DNA from: Alphaproteobacteria bacterium
Lineage (GTDB): Bacteria; Pseudomonadota; Alphaproteobacteria; GCA-2731375
DNA: 64,000 bases
Reading direction: 5' to 3'
Assembly (NCBI GenBank): GCA_965225945.1
Contig: CBDDBZ010000022.1
Span: forward strand, 32,001-96,000
Shown one piece after another: positions 1-10,172 of this stretch; positions within the stretch are counted from its first letter, which is position 1, and each line of letters starts with the position of its first letter. Under the pieces are notes generated by a model that saw only the letters and a list, made by a program, of their open reading frames with translations, was not told where the DNA came from and searched no databases. The position numbers were made by a program, and so were the translations under genes.

Positions 1-431
1 TGCGCCGTAAGGGTGAGGCCGAGCCAATGCCGGGCCTGAAGTTCGCCGATGCCCCGCCCGCCCCCGGCGACGAGGTGATCGTCATGGGCTATCCGACCGG
101 TCTCCGCTCGATGCTGGCGCAATCCGGCGACGCCTTCGTCGAAGAGCTTCAGAAGACCGAGAACACCGGATTCTGGAGCGTCGCCGCCCGCCTCGCCGAG
201 GCCGGCCATATTGCCCCGCTCGCCAGCCGCGGCATCGTCGGCCAGGCGACCACGGCGACGATCGTCTATGATGCGGACACCACACACGGCGGCAGCGGGG
301 GCCCGGTGATCGACATCAATGGCGCGGTCGTCGCGGTAAACGCCGCCATATTGCCGGAATATGGCGGACCCAATCTGGGCGTTCCCGCCGCGAAGGTCCA
401 GACCTTGCTCAAAGCTGCCGGCTTGCTCTGA
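1..431 (+). CDS. Trypsin-like serine protease, C-terminal part (5' end outside the window)
   Basis: GDEVIVMGYP and DTTHGGSGGPV (catalytic Ser motif); the frame is open from the window start. Confidence 0.8.
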   Translation, partial: RRKGEAEPMPGLKFADAPPAPGDEVIVMGYPTGLRSMLAQSGDAFVEELQKTENTGFWSVAARLAEAGHIAPLASRGIVGQATTATIVYDADTTHGGSGGPVIDINGAVVAVNAAILPEYGGPNLGVPAAKVQTLLKAAGLL

Positions 432-526
432 CGTCCGCGAGAGGGCACCGCCCCGCTCGCCACCACGCCCATGATCAGCGCGAACGTCGCCGCGCGCGGG
501 GGTGTCGGGGTTTATGGCCATTGCTC

Positions 527-1696
527 TCACCATTCGAACTCCGGGCCCGGCACGAAGCGGAAGCGCTCCAGCGCATCGGAGCGCAGGGTGAAGCCGAGGC
601 CCGGCCGCCCGGGGGCATGGACGCGGCCGTCGCGGATCTCGAAATCCTCCCGGAACAGCTCGTGGAGCATCGGCATGTGGCCCTGACTGACTTCCAGGAT
701 GTGGCAGTTCACCGTGGCCATGGCCAAATGGATGGAGGCGGCGAACAACACGCCGTTGCCCCAGGCGTGTGGTGCCACGCGGATCCCGCGTGCCGAGGCG
801 AGCGCGGCAATGCGCCGGATCTCAGTGAAACCGCCGGCCCGCGCGATATCGGGTTGCGCGATATCCATGGCCTGGTGGTCGAGCAGGTCCTGGAAGTCGA
901 AGCGGGTGAACTCGCGCTCGCCGGTGGCGATCGGCATGGAGACGGCGTCGCGCACCCGGCGCAGGCCCGGATGATCGTCCGGCGAGATGGGCTCCTCGAA
1001 CCAGGCGATGGCGTGTTCTTCCACCGCGCGGGCCACCTGGATCGCCGTCGCCACGTCCAGACAGCCGTGCGCGTCGATCATCAGCTCGACCTCAGGCCCG
1101 ATTCCGCGCCGCGCCGCGCGCACCCGCCGAACGGTATTGGCCAGCGAGAAACCGTCGCGCCCGACGACGCGCATCTTCACCGCCGAGAAGCCCTTGGCCG
1201 CATAACCGCCGAGTTCGGCCTCGGCCTCCTCTCCGGGCGCCCAGCCGCCGCTCGCGTAGGCCCTGACCGAGTCGCGCACGGCGCCCAGCGCCTGATAGAT
1301 CGGCACCCCCCAGGCCTGCGCTTTCAAGTCCCAGAGCGCGATGTCGAGGCCGGAGATGGCTTCCATGGTGACGCCGCGACGGCGACGGTCGAGGGGTTGC
1401 GTCACGCCGGTATCGAGCGAGGGGGTGAGACGCGAGCCGGTGTACATCTTCTCGTAGAGCCGCTCGGTATAGAGGGGATCCTCGCCGATCAGCTCCGGGC
1501 CCAGATCGTGCTCCACGATCGCTTGCACCACCGCCGGATTGCCGAGCGATGCGCCCATGCCGACGAGGCCGCTATCCGCCTCGATCAGAATCAGCACGGC
1601 ATCGGACTTCACCTTGGTGCCGATATCGGTGCGATGGCGCCGCTCCGGGGGAACGGGATCGGACATGGGGATGGCGCGTACCGCCGAAATTTTCAT
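527..1696 (-). CDS. Mandelate racemase/muconate lactonizing enzyme family (enolase superfamily)
   Basis: AISGLDIALWDLKA, KMRV, LMIDAH, WFEEP, ATGE, QPDIARAGG motifs; 389 aa. Confidence 0.92.
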   Translation of the reverse strand: MKISAVRAIPMSDPVPPERRHRTDIGTKVKSDAVLILIEADSGLVGMGASLGNPAVVQAIVEHDLGPELIGEDPLYTERLYEKMYTGSRLTPSLDTGVTQPLDRRRRGVTMEAISGLDIALWDLKAQAWGVPIYQALGAVRDSVRAYASGGWAPGEEAEAELGGYAAKGFSAVKMRVVGRDGFSLANTVRRVRAARRGIGPEVELMIDAHGCLDVATAIQVARAVEEHAIAWFEEPISPDDHPGLRRVRDAVSMPIATGEREFTRFDFQDLLDHQAMDIAQPDIARAGGFTEIRRIAALASARGIRVAPHAWGNGVLFAASIHLAMATVNCHILEVSQGHMPMLHELFREDFEIRDGRVHAPGRPGLGFTLRSDALERFRFVPGPEFEW

Positions 1697-1949
1697 CCTT
1701 CAGCTCCCTCGCTCGAGGCGTCGCGGCCCACGGCGGCCTCGGTCCGGGCCGGCCCGGGCGCCACGCCATCATCGAGCGCGCCAGGCGCGCCGACAAGGCC
1801 TGGGCCCACGTCCTGCACGGCTCGAACGGCTACCTGATGCTCGTGCGTTTGCTCCAGGGTCTCGGCTTCGCGATCATGCTCTGTTACGTCGGTTTCCTGC
1901 TCTTGTGAGCTCGCGGCGATGGGCCGAGGACCGCGATCAGGCCGCCAGC
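1541..1949. repeat. Diverged ~410-bp direct repeat, copy 1 (racemase 5' end, membrane-protein fragment, last codons of the TPR gene)
   Basis: Aligns with 10980-11388 with scattered substitutions. Confidence 0.92.
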
Positions 1950-2656
1950 CGCCGCGGCGTCGGGTTCACGAGGTTCATCTCGAGCAGGATGATCGTTTCG
2001 TTCAACTGTTCGGCCTGCTCTTCCCCGAGGGACGAATCCTCGGCGAGCGCGTAACGTTCCGTCAGCGCGGCGGCGAGCGACCGCTGTCGGGCGACGGCGA
2101 AATCGATGACCTGCGCGCTTCGGACGAGTGCTCGCGCCCGCCCCCGATCACCCGCTTCCGCGTGCGCATGGGCCTGGAACAAAATGATGTTGGTGGCCAA
2201 TGTCGTCGATGCCTGGCGATCGCGCGCCAATTCATCCAGCGCCGCCGCCGCCTCGCGCGCGCGCCCTTCGGCGATCAGCGCCAACGGCCTGGCCGTTACG
2301 AAATACGCCCGAACATCCGCGAAGGGGCATGAACTTACCGCGTAGTCGAAACTCGCCAGCGCCTCCCGCACCCGACCGACTCGCAACCGTGCCATGGCCA
2401 GAATGTGCCTGGCAATCCAGTCGTCTCGGGTCTGGGATCGCAACGCCGCCGACATCAGCATGGCCTCGGCATCGCCGAGATTGCCCAGTTGGGCAAGGAG
2501 ATGCGCCCGCGCGGTCCGCGCCACGACATTGGCGGGGAAGCGTTTGTTAGCGGTGGTTCCAGGGTGCGCTTATATGGGCTCTTTTTGAGCGGTCGGTGGC
2601 GGTTGGCTGACGGGATGCTTTTGGGCTTGGCTGATTTTGTTTCGCGCTGTGGCTAT

Positions 2657-3553
2657 TCAGTCGAGGGGCCGGTCATCGATCTGGAGCGGTTCGCCGGCGC
2701 GGTCGCGCATGAGCATGTCGTTCCAGTCCAGGCCGTCGAGGGCAGGGCGCAGGCGGACGACCCTGCTGTCGTTTCGGATGAGCCGTGCCGCGGCGTCATC
2801 GCCCTGGCGGGTGGCGTCGTAGGCGCAGAAGATCCGGCCGGGGTTCCAGGCCTCGATCCATTCGGGGAGGCTTGCGGTGGCGCCGCCGGTTGAGACCACG
2901 GCGCATCCCTTGCGCCCGGCCGGGACGAGGTGGAGGGAGAGGACCGACAGGGCGTCGATTGCGTTCTTGGCGAGGATGACGGAGTTCGGCCAGTCGGGTT
3001 CCCACGACATCCAGAAGCCGCCGCGCGCGGCGGCGCCGGTCGGCGCGAGGCGGCGTGGCGCCGCGGCAGGGACGATCTCGGCGCCGAGAGCCTCGCCGGC
3101 CGCGTTTCGGCGGACGAACACGGCGTTGCCGTGGCGGTCGGCGTAGAGCAAGCCGAGGTCGCGGCACAGGGCGACGAGCACATCCGCGAGGCCGCGCTGC
3201 TCGACGAGGTAGCTCTGGATGGCGGGCCAGTGGCGGTCCGGGCACGGCGGCTTCGGGTGGCGATCGGCCGGGAACCGGTCACGGCACGGCAGTTCCGAGA
3301 AGAAGCCGAGGGCCTCGGGCACGGTGCACCGGCAGGCATGGATTACCAGGTCGATCGCTCCGCCCCCGCCCTCGCCGCGCAGATGTTCGTAGAACATAAA
3401 GCCGTTGATGCTGCCGACGGATCCGGGACGCCTCCAGCGCGCGGCATCGGTGGGATCGCGGCGGTAGCCGAGGCGGCGGACGACGTCTTCGAGGGGATAG
3501 CCTCGCAGGGCCTCGGCCCGCACCCGCCGGTCCCAGAGGCGGGGACCATCCAT
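2657..3553 (-). CDS. DUF3991/TOPRIM-like protein (passenger in the IS21 element)
   Basis: GGGAIDLV, YLVEQRGL, LLYADRHGNAVF, AIDALS, CAYD, DWNDML motifs. Confidence 0.78.
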   Translation of the reverse strand: MDGPRLWDRRVRAEALRGYPLEDVVRRLGYRRDPTDAARWRRPGSVGSINGFMFYEHLRGEGGGGAIDLVIHACRCTVPEALGFFSELPCRDRFPADRHPKPPCPDRHWPAIQSYLVEQRGLADVLVALCRDLGLLYADRHGNAVFVRRNAAGEALGAEIVPAAAPRRLAPTGAAARGGFWMSWEPDWPNSVILAKNAIDALSVLSLHLVPAGRKGCAVVSTGGATASLPEWIEAWNPGRIFCAYDATRQGDDAAARLIRNDSRVVRLRPALDGLDWNDMLMRDRAGEPLQIDDRPLD

Positions 3554-3555
3554 GG

Positions 3556-4344
3556 CTACGCCGGCGGCGGTTCCCCGCGGTCCTGCGCGCCGGCCTTGCC
3601 GGCTCGCCGCCGGCGGCGCTCGGCGCTGCGCTGCTTCTGGCGTTCCTCGGCCTCCTTGCGGCGCCAGGACTCGGCGTCGATGGCGATGATCTCGGCGTTG
3701 TGGACGAGGCGGTCGACCAGGGCGACGAGGCAGGCGGCGTTGGGGAAGGCCTCACCCCACTCGGCGAAGGGCCGGTTGGTGGTGATTATGGTGGAGTTCT
3801 GCTGGCTGCGGCTGGAGACGATGTTGAACAGCAGATCGGCATGGCGGTTGCTGTAGGACAGGTATCCGACCTCGTCGATCACCAGCAGGTGCTGGCGGGC
3901 GTAGAAGCGCAGCCTGCGCTGAAGCAGGGTGTCGCTGTCGAGGGCGGCGAGCTCGCCGAGCATGCTGGCCGCGGTGGCGAAGCGCACGGTGTGGCCCTCG
4001 AGGACGGCGCGGTGGGCGATATTGGCGGCGATGGTCGACTTGCCGACGCCGTTTGGGCCGACCAGGACGACGTTGGCGGCCTCGTTGAGGAACTCGAGGC
4101 TCATGAGATCCTCGACGGCCATGCGGTCGCAGCGGCGCGGCCATGCCCAGTCGAAGTCGGCGAGCGGCTTGAACTGTCCGAGGCGGGCGTCGGCGAGGCG
4201 GCGCTTGAGGCTGCGGCTTCGCCGTTCCTCCTCTTCCCAGGCGACCAGCGCAGCGGGCCAGTCATGCCCGGCGACCTCGCCCCAGTGGGCGGCGAGGCCG
4301 TGCAGGCCGAGCGCCCGGGCACGGCCCATGAGGGTATCGTTCAT
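3556..4344 (-). CDS. istB: IS21 helper AAA+ ATPase IstB
   Basis: True start MNDTLMG at 4344 (ATGA overlap with istA); [28 protein letters not shown]. Confidence 0.95.
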   Translation of the reverse strand: MNDTLMGRARALGLHGLAAHWGEVAGHDWPAALVAWEEEERRSRSLKRRLADARLGQFKPLADFDWAWPRRCDRMAVEDLMSLEFLNEAANVVLVGPNGVGKSTIAANIAHRAVLEGHTVRFATAASMLGELAALDSDTLLQRRLRFYARQHLLVIDEVGYLSYSNRHADLLFNIVSSRSQQNSTIITTNRPFAEWGEAFPNAACLVALVDRLVHNAEIIAIDAESWRRKEAEERQKQRSAERRRRRAGKAGAQDRGEPPPA

Positions 4345-5846
4345 TGCTCGCTGTCCTCCTCGGGTTCGCCGGCCAGCCCGTCGTATCCGACGAGGTCGTG
4401 ATCGCGGACAGTGATGTCGCGCACTCTCGGATCGCCGGGCAGTTCGACGGGGATGGGCGGGGGTTGGTGCCGCAGCTCGCGCCGCCGGGTCAGGCTCAGG
4501 CGCACGGCGTTGGGATGGGGAACGTCCCGCTTCAGGGCCTCGTCGATGGCCGCCTCGAGCTCGGCGGCGCCGTAGGCGTCGAGGAGGCGCAACAGGGCGG
4601 CGACGGTGGCGCCTATATAGCCGCCGCGCTGGGCGGCCTCGGCGAGCAGGCGCTCGCTGTTGGGCGCGGCCTGGACCAGCCGGTCCTGGCCGCGAAGGCG
4701 GCGGGCATGGCTCTTGCGCCTGACCAGCTCGGCGATGTGCTCGGGGTTCTCGATGCGGGCCGCCTTGTCGAAGCTGCGCGGATGGCTGGCGATGACGTCC
4801 ACACCGTCGAGGATGCGCACCTCGTCGAGCGTCGCGACCACGACGAGGGTGCGCCGCACATGGGTGTGCGGCACGCTGTAATCGTTGAGATCGAAGCGGG
4901 CGTAGGGGGTCTTGCCGATGGCGACCTCGACCCGGTCGTGGTCGGGGAAGGGATCGCCGGGCAGCGCGATGAGAGAGCCGCGTTCCCGCTCGAAGGCCTC
5001 GCGCACGGTGATCGAGCGGTCTTCGGGCCAGGGGCGGTCGGCGGCGATGCCGTGGCACCAGGCCAGGGCCTGGGCGTTGAGATCGTCGATATCGCGCCAC
5101 CGGCGGGCGGCGAAGAAGCTGGTCCGGACATAGCGAATCGCCCGCTCCACGCGCCCCTTCTCGTTGCCGCGCGCGACCGCGACGGGCTTGGGCAGGAAGT
5201 GGTAGTGGCCGGCGAGGTCGAGGATCCGGGGATTGAACCGGATGGCGGCGCCGCGGCGCTCCAGCACGACGCTCTTCAGGTTGTCGTACCAGAGCTCGCG
5301 GGGCACGCCCTGCCACGCCTCGAAGGCTTCGACATGGCCGCGCAGGAAGTTGCTCATCCCGGCGTCGAGGTAGAAGCGCAGGAAGATCCGCCGCGAGTAG
5401 CTGAGAACCATCACGAAGCCCATCAGGCGGCGCTCCGCGCGGCCGATCGTCACCTTGCCGAAGTGTCCCCAGTCGACCTGGGCCTGCTCGCCGGGAAGGG
5501 TCTTGAGGCGCAGATAGGCCTCGGCCACGGGCCTGGGCCTGAAGTGGCTGAGCAGATGACGGAAGTGGTCGCCGCCGCCCGGATAGCCGCGTTCGCGCAC
5601 CATCTGGTAGAGCCGGCTGGCGGGCAGCGTCGGCCAGGATGCCAGCGTCTCGGCGATGAACGGCACGTATGGATCGATCATCGACGGCCTGGGCGACCTC
5701 GCGTCCCGGGGCTCGCCGGCCGCGGTGAGGAGGCGCTCGACGGTGTAGCGATGCACGCCGAGCTGGCGTGTGATCGTGCCGACCGTCCACTTCTCGACGT
5801 GATACAGGCGCAGGATCTCCGCGCGGGTCTCCTTGTCGATGGTCAT
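4341..5846 (-). CDS. istA: IS21 transposase IstA
   Basis: N-terminal HTH; [21 protein letters not shown] (DDE); FDLNDYSVP. Confidence 0.95.
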   Translation of the reverse strand: MTIDKETRAEILRLYHVEKWTVGTITRQLGVHRYTVERLLTAAGEPRDARSPRPSMIDPYVPFIAETLASWPTLPASRLYQMVRERGYPGGGDHFRHLLSHFRPRPVAEAYLRLKTLPGEQAQVDWGHFGKVTIGRAERRLMGFVMVLSYSRRIFLRFYLDAGMSNFLRGHVEAFEAWQGVPRELWYDNLKSVVLERRGAAIRFNPRILDLAGHYHFLPKPVAVARGNEKGRVERAIRYVRTSFFAARRWRDIDDLNAQALAWCHGIAADRPWPEDRSITVREAFERERGSLIALPGDPFPDHDRVEVAIGKTPYARFDLNDYSVPHTHVRRTLVVVATLDEVRILDGVDVIASHPRSFDKAARIENPEHIAELVRRKSHARRLRGQDRLVQAAPNSERLLAEAAQRGGYIGATVAALLRLLDAYGAAELEAAIDEALKRDVPHPNAVRLSLTRRRELRHQPPPIPVELPGDPRVRDITVRDHDLVGYDGLAGEPEEDSEQ

Positions 5847-6283
5847 CTCACCCCCTTTCCCGTCGGGCGCAGCCCCGGATAGACCGCCTGCCCGCAGAAC
5901 CGGCCGCAGCGATCGCAGCGGAAGACCCTGGCGGGCCGCTCGTGCCCGAAGGGCCGTGTTCCGGGACGCCCTGCCGGCGTCCGCGCCACAACAGGACGCC
6001 GCCGCGCGGCGGTCAAAGGGTGATGCGTCACTTCCTGCCCGCGGCGCCGATTCACCGGCGTCCGGCGCCGCCGGCGTTCGCGATAGCGCCGCTGGCGCTC
6101 AGCATGCTTGTGACGGCCCCGCCGGCTGTTCTGGTAGCGCTGCCCGGCATGGCGCTGCGATCGCCGGCGCACCCGATCGCTGCAGCTCCGTGAACAGTAG
6201 ATGTTGCCGTGGTCGCAGTGCCGGCAGAGAACCACCTGTTGATGGCACGAGGCGCAGTTGAACAGGCGGGCGGTGTTCTTCAT
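5843..6283 (-). CDS. Cys-rich, basic, putative zinc-binding protein upstream of istA
   Basis: [13 protein letters not shown]...[15 protein letters not shown]...CDRCGRFC; stop codon overlaps the istA start; start inferred. Confidence 0.7.
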   Translation of the reverse strand: MKNTARLFNCASCHQQVVLCRHCDHGNIYCSRSCSDRVRRRSQRHAGQRYQNSRRGRHKHAERQRRYRERRRRRTPVNRRRGQEVTHHPLTAARRRPVVARTPAGRPGTRPFGHERPARVFRCDRCGRFCGQAVYPGLRPTGKGVR

Positions 6284-6513
6284 CGCGCAGCCGATGAGAA
6301 CGGGGTGGACCCACGCCCAAACCCGCACGATACTGCGCATATGGGTCGTGCCTTGCATGGCTCGGGGGGTGCGGTGCCGGTCGTTGCCAGCAAGCAAACG
6401 GGGCCGGCGCCGCATCGTTCTCAGCGGCCCGAGTGTACTCCCGCGGCTCCCCTTGTCAGGTCCGCGGAACCGCCGCCGCCAGCCAGCCAAAACAGGAATC
6501 GAGACGCCCGCCC

Positions 6514-6581
6514 GCGGTGGATAAGCAGCCCGCCGCCGCCAGACTCTTGGCGGTCGCCGCGGCGGGCTACTTACCCACCGC
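6514..6581 (-). other. Long hairpin in the IS21 5' leader
   Basis: 23-bp arms 6514-6536 and 6559-6581; both mismatches are G-U wobble pairs on the minus strand. Confidence 0.7.
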
Positions 6582-6684
6582 TGCGCCGAGCCAACTCCCG
6601 CCTGCAAACCACGCAGCTACAGCGCCACGATGCCCGATGTCGCTGAAATCACCATCTAAGCGCGGTTTTTCATCGCCACCGACA

Positions 6685-7180
6685 AGCGTTCGATCGTCGC
6701 ATCCAGCGCCGCCAAGGCCTCGTCGGGAAGGCCGAGATCGCGCAGCACCTCCGCCCGCGCGTTCCGCGCCACGACATTGTCGGGGAGGCGTTCGATCGTC
6801 GCATCCAGCGCCGCCAAGGCTTCGTCGAAACGGCCGAGATCGCGCAACACCTCCGCCCGCGCGGTCCGCGCCACGACATTTTCGGGGGAAGCGTTCGATC
6901 GTCGACTCCAGCGATGCCAACGCCTCGTCGAAACGGCCGAGATCGCGCAGCACCTCCGCCCGCGCGTTCCGCGCCACGACATTTTCGGGGAAACGTTCGA
7001 TCGTCGCATCCAGCGCCGCCAAGGCCTCGTCGAAACGGCCGAGATCACGCAGCACCTCCGCCCGCGCGTTCCGCGCCACGACATTTTCGGGGAAGCGTTG
7101 GATCGTCGCATCCAGCGCCGCCAAGGCTTCGTCGAAACGGCCGAGATCGCGCAGTACGTTCCCGCGAACACTCAACGCTG
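6685..7180 (-). repeat. Near-identical 102-bp tandem repeats encoding TPR units
   Basis: About five copies of ARNARAEVLRDLGRFDEALAALDATIERFPENVV. Confidence 0.92.
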
Positions 7181-8576
7181 CGGCGTCGGGGGTGCCAGCG
7201 ACGTCGATCGCCGATAGAACACGCCAAGTCAAATCGAATAGGCGCGCCTGACGGGCGAGATCGGCGACGGCGGTCAGCGATTTGATCACGTCTTCCGGCC
7301 GACTGCGGGTTGCTTGGCGCCGAACGAGCTGAACCAAGGCCTGCTCGGCCCGCGCCACCTCACCCCGTTGCAGTCGTTCTCCGATCCAGTCGATTTGACT
7401 TTGAATGGCGGGAACGTCCCGCGCGCCACCTTTTACTTCATGCCGATTACTTTCGCTTCGCTCTGCCACTACCAGTTCGGCGGCAGCGACAATCGGATCG
7501 GTCGCCTCGACAACGGCAATCTCCTCGTCGTCGATATCCAATCCCATTTCGACGAGCAATGGCGGCGGGGCATTCAGTCGGTCCTGGATACGTTTCTGCA
7601 AGGCGGCAAGAACCTGCGTGCCCCTTGTCAGGCTCGCTAGTTTCGGGAAATCGCCACCGCGGAAGGCGAGCCGCGAGACGGCTTGATGATCGCCAGCACC
7701 CTCAAGCCCAGCCGCTTCGGACAGCAGCCCCGAACGTAAAATGGTTTCACGGTTTTGTGCCGCTTCGACCCCGCCGCCGTACTGCTCGATCACGATCGCG
7801 TCGATATCCTCGACCAATCGGTCGACGATGCCGTCCGCGAGCAGTCGATAACACGCCGCCGCGACATCCGCCCCCTCGTCTTGCGCTAGCCCCATGCCGC
7901 TCGACGGGTCCCACTCCCGCGCATCCGCCGGGACGAGGAAGCGCTCGCGAATACGGTTGGCAATGGGGGGCTGCTCAGCGAGCACGGTTTCGGCTCGCCG
8001 AATGCCTCGCGCGCGCGTCGTCTCGGACATGTCGGGATCCATGCCGATGAGAAGACCGTCCAATCCCCTAAAGAAAAGGACCTCCTCCTGGAAAACCGCC
8101 CTCAATCGCTCGATCGGGACCGGCAACCCTTCGAGATGGGCGGAAACCAGTTCGAACGCCGCGTGTCGGAACATGTGAATATCGTTCGGCAGGGCCGCGC
8201 GAGGCTCCGCCCCGGGCGCATCGAGGATGTTGTAAATCCCTTCCCGGAAATATATGGCCCGCCCGAGGGAGCCTGAAACGAAGGCGTCCGCGACCTGCAT
8301 GGCTCAAAGCTCGACGAATTCGATGGCGCGCTTCGCACAAGTGTCTCGAATAACGCCATGCCTATGCCGCTCGTCCGCAGTGGCCGGCGAGACCTGCACC
8401 GCCACTCTATTCACATCCCGCGTGTCCATGCCGCCATCGGAGTAAATGGCAACCTCGACGAAGTCGTCGTCATCTCGGCCCGACCCCTGTCGCAGCAGAA
8501 GATTTGGCAAATCGTCATCGCCCGTCGCGTTTGTCAAGCGCGGTCCAAGCTTCGCGGCGACCAGTTTCTCTCTATC

Positions 8577-10172
8577 GTAACTGCCCAGGTAGCTGATTTC
8601 GATGAGGCTGCGGATTGGGTCTCTGGGGGCAGATTTTGTGGGTTTGGGGCGCTGACGGCCTAGATTTCGTTTGACATAGGGTGGTTGGTCGATTCTAAGG
8701 ATTCGATGGATAGGGATGTTCTTGCCTTTTTGTCGAAAGACGAGCTGATCGATGTGGTGCTGGCCCAAGGGTCGCGGCTCGCCGAGTTCGAACTCCGGCT
8801 TGGTGAACTCGAGCGCCGGCTTGGCCTGAACAGCACGAACAGCGGCAAGCCACCGTCGAGCGATGGATTGAACAAGCCACCGGCGGGTAAAAAGAAGCGC
8901 ACCAGGAGCCTCCGTAAGAAATCGGCCCGCAAGCCGGGCGGGCAAAAGGGCCACAAGGGCGAGACCCTGCGCCAAGTCGCCGATCCCGACGCCACCGTCG
9001 ACCATTATCCCGAGACGTGCCAGTGGTGTGGTTCGGGATTGACGCCGGATATGGCTACCGGCCATGGGGCCCGCCAGGTTTTCGATCTACCCGAGCCCCG
9101 GCCCCTGGTGGTCACGGAGCATCGGGCGCATCGCTGCCGTTGCGGGCATTGCGGCACGTACACTCGGGCTTCTTTTCCCGTCGCCATCACCGGCCCGGTT
9201 CAATACGGCGCTCGGATCGGAGCCATGGTGGTCTACCTGTCGCACTACCAACTCCTGCCCGAGGACCGCCTGGCTGAATTGATGAAGGATCTGTTCGGGG
9301 CGGAACTGTCTCCGGCGAGCCTCGCGCGGAGGGGCGGGAACAGCGCCGAGTCCGTCCAAGGCGTCGTCGATGTGATCCGCGAACTGGTGAAATCGGCGCC
9401 GGTCAAGCACATGGACGAGACCGGCTTGCGGATCGCCGGGCGGACCCAATGGTTGCACGTCGCCTCGACCGCGCGGTTGACCTTCTATCGGGTCTCGGAG
9501 CGACGCGGCAGCCTGCTCGGCGGAGTCGGCGGCATCGTCGTCCATGACCACTGGAAGCCGTACTTTACGATGGAGGGCGTACGGCACGCGCTGTGCAACG
9601 CCCATCACCTGCGCGAGTTGCAAGCCCTGATCGAGATCGAGAAGGAGGGCTGGGCACGCAAGATGCAGAGACTATTGCGCCGCGCCTGCCACGCGGTAAA
9701 TCTCGCCCGGGAGCGGGGCGTGGCGCTGAAACCAGGCCTCGTCGAGCGCTTCCGAGGGTGTTACGACGCGATCACGGCCGAGGGCATCGCCTTTCACGAG
9801 GCACAACCTCCTCTTGCGCCCAGATCGAGCAAGGCCAAGCGCCGGGGAAGCAAGCCGCGCCGCACCGGGCACAACCTTCTCCGGCGCCTTCAGACACACA
9901 AGGAAGACGCGCTGCGCTTCCTCATCAATTTCGCCGTGCCGTTCACCAACAATCAGGCCGAGCAGGACGGGCGCATGATGAAGGTCAAGCAGAAAATCTC
10001 CGGCGGCTTCCGCAGCCAGAAAGGCGCCGAAGACTTTGCCACCGTCCGCGGCTTCATCTCGACCGCCAGAAAACAGGGCTGGAACATCATCCAGGCGCTC
10101 ATGGAAAATCCCGAAACCCTGATCGAGCGTCTCCACGCCGCCTAAAAGGCCACCATGTACCTGGGCAGTTAC
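8577..10172 (+). mobile_element. IS66-family element, single-ORF (ISBst12-like)
   Basis: Perfect 15-bp IR GTAACTGCCCAGGTA; 8-bp TSD TCTCTATC (8569-8576, 10173-10180). Confidence 0.95.
8685..10145 (+). CDS. IS66 transposase
   Basis: NSTNSGKPPSSD, GGQKGHKG, zinc finger, MDETG, LCNAHHLREL, FTNNQAE. Confidence 0.95.
   Translation: MVDSKDSMDRDVLAFLSKDELIDVVLAQGSRLAEFELRLGELERRLGLNSTNSGKPPSSDGLNKPPAGKKKRTRSLRKKSARKPGGQKGHKGETLRQVADPDATVDHYPETCQWCGSGLTPDMATGHGARQVFDLPEPRPLVVTEHRAHRCRCGHCGTYTRASFPVAITGPVQYGARIGAMVVYLSHYQLLPEDRLAELMKDLFGAELSPASLARRGGNSAESVQGVVDVIRELVKSAPVKHMDETGLRIAGRTQWLHVASTARLTFYRVSERRGSLLGGVGGIVVHDHWKPYFTMEGVRHALCNAHHLRELQALIEIEKEGWARKMQRLLRRACHAVNLARERGVALKPGLVERFRGCYDAITAEGIAFHEAQPPLAPRSSKAKRRGSKPRRTGHNLLRRLQTHKEDALRFLINFAVPFTNNQAEQDGRMMKVKQKISGGFRSQKGAEDFATVRGFISTARKQGWNIIQALMENPETLIERLHAA

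Larger units (their letters stand above)
2545..6684 (-). mobile_element. IS21-family element with passenger genes, copy 1 (4140 bp)
   Basis: TGT...ACA ends; subterminal GCGCTTA(G/T)ATGG at the same offset in both ends; 6-bp TSD AGCGTT (2539-2544, 6685-6690); istA-istB. Confidence 0.95.
1937..8300 (-). pseudogene. TPR-repeat protein (~738 aa reconstructed), split by the IS21-type element and a +1 frameshift near 6885
   Basis: Removing 2545-6684 and one AGCGTT copy restores ATIERFPANVVARTARAHLL; 34-aa TPR units. Confidence 0.88.

Noticed and set aside
3556-5790. 744-aa ORF suggesting an extended IstB or a frameshift fusion (also 33134-35368)
   Set aside because: The N-terminal part is an alternative frame overlapping istA with Arg/Pro-rich noise; IstB starts at 4344
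6685-7180. TPR repeats or the 410-bp duplication as DGR template and variable repeats
   Set aside because: No reverse transcriptase in the window, and the differences are not adenine-specific
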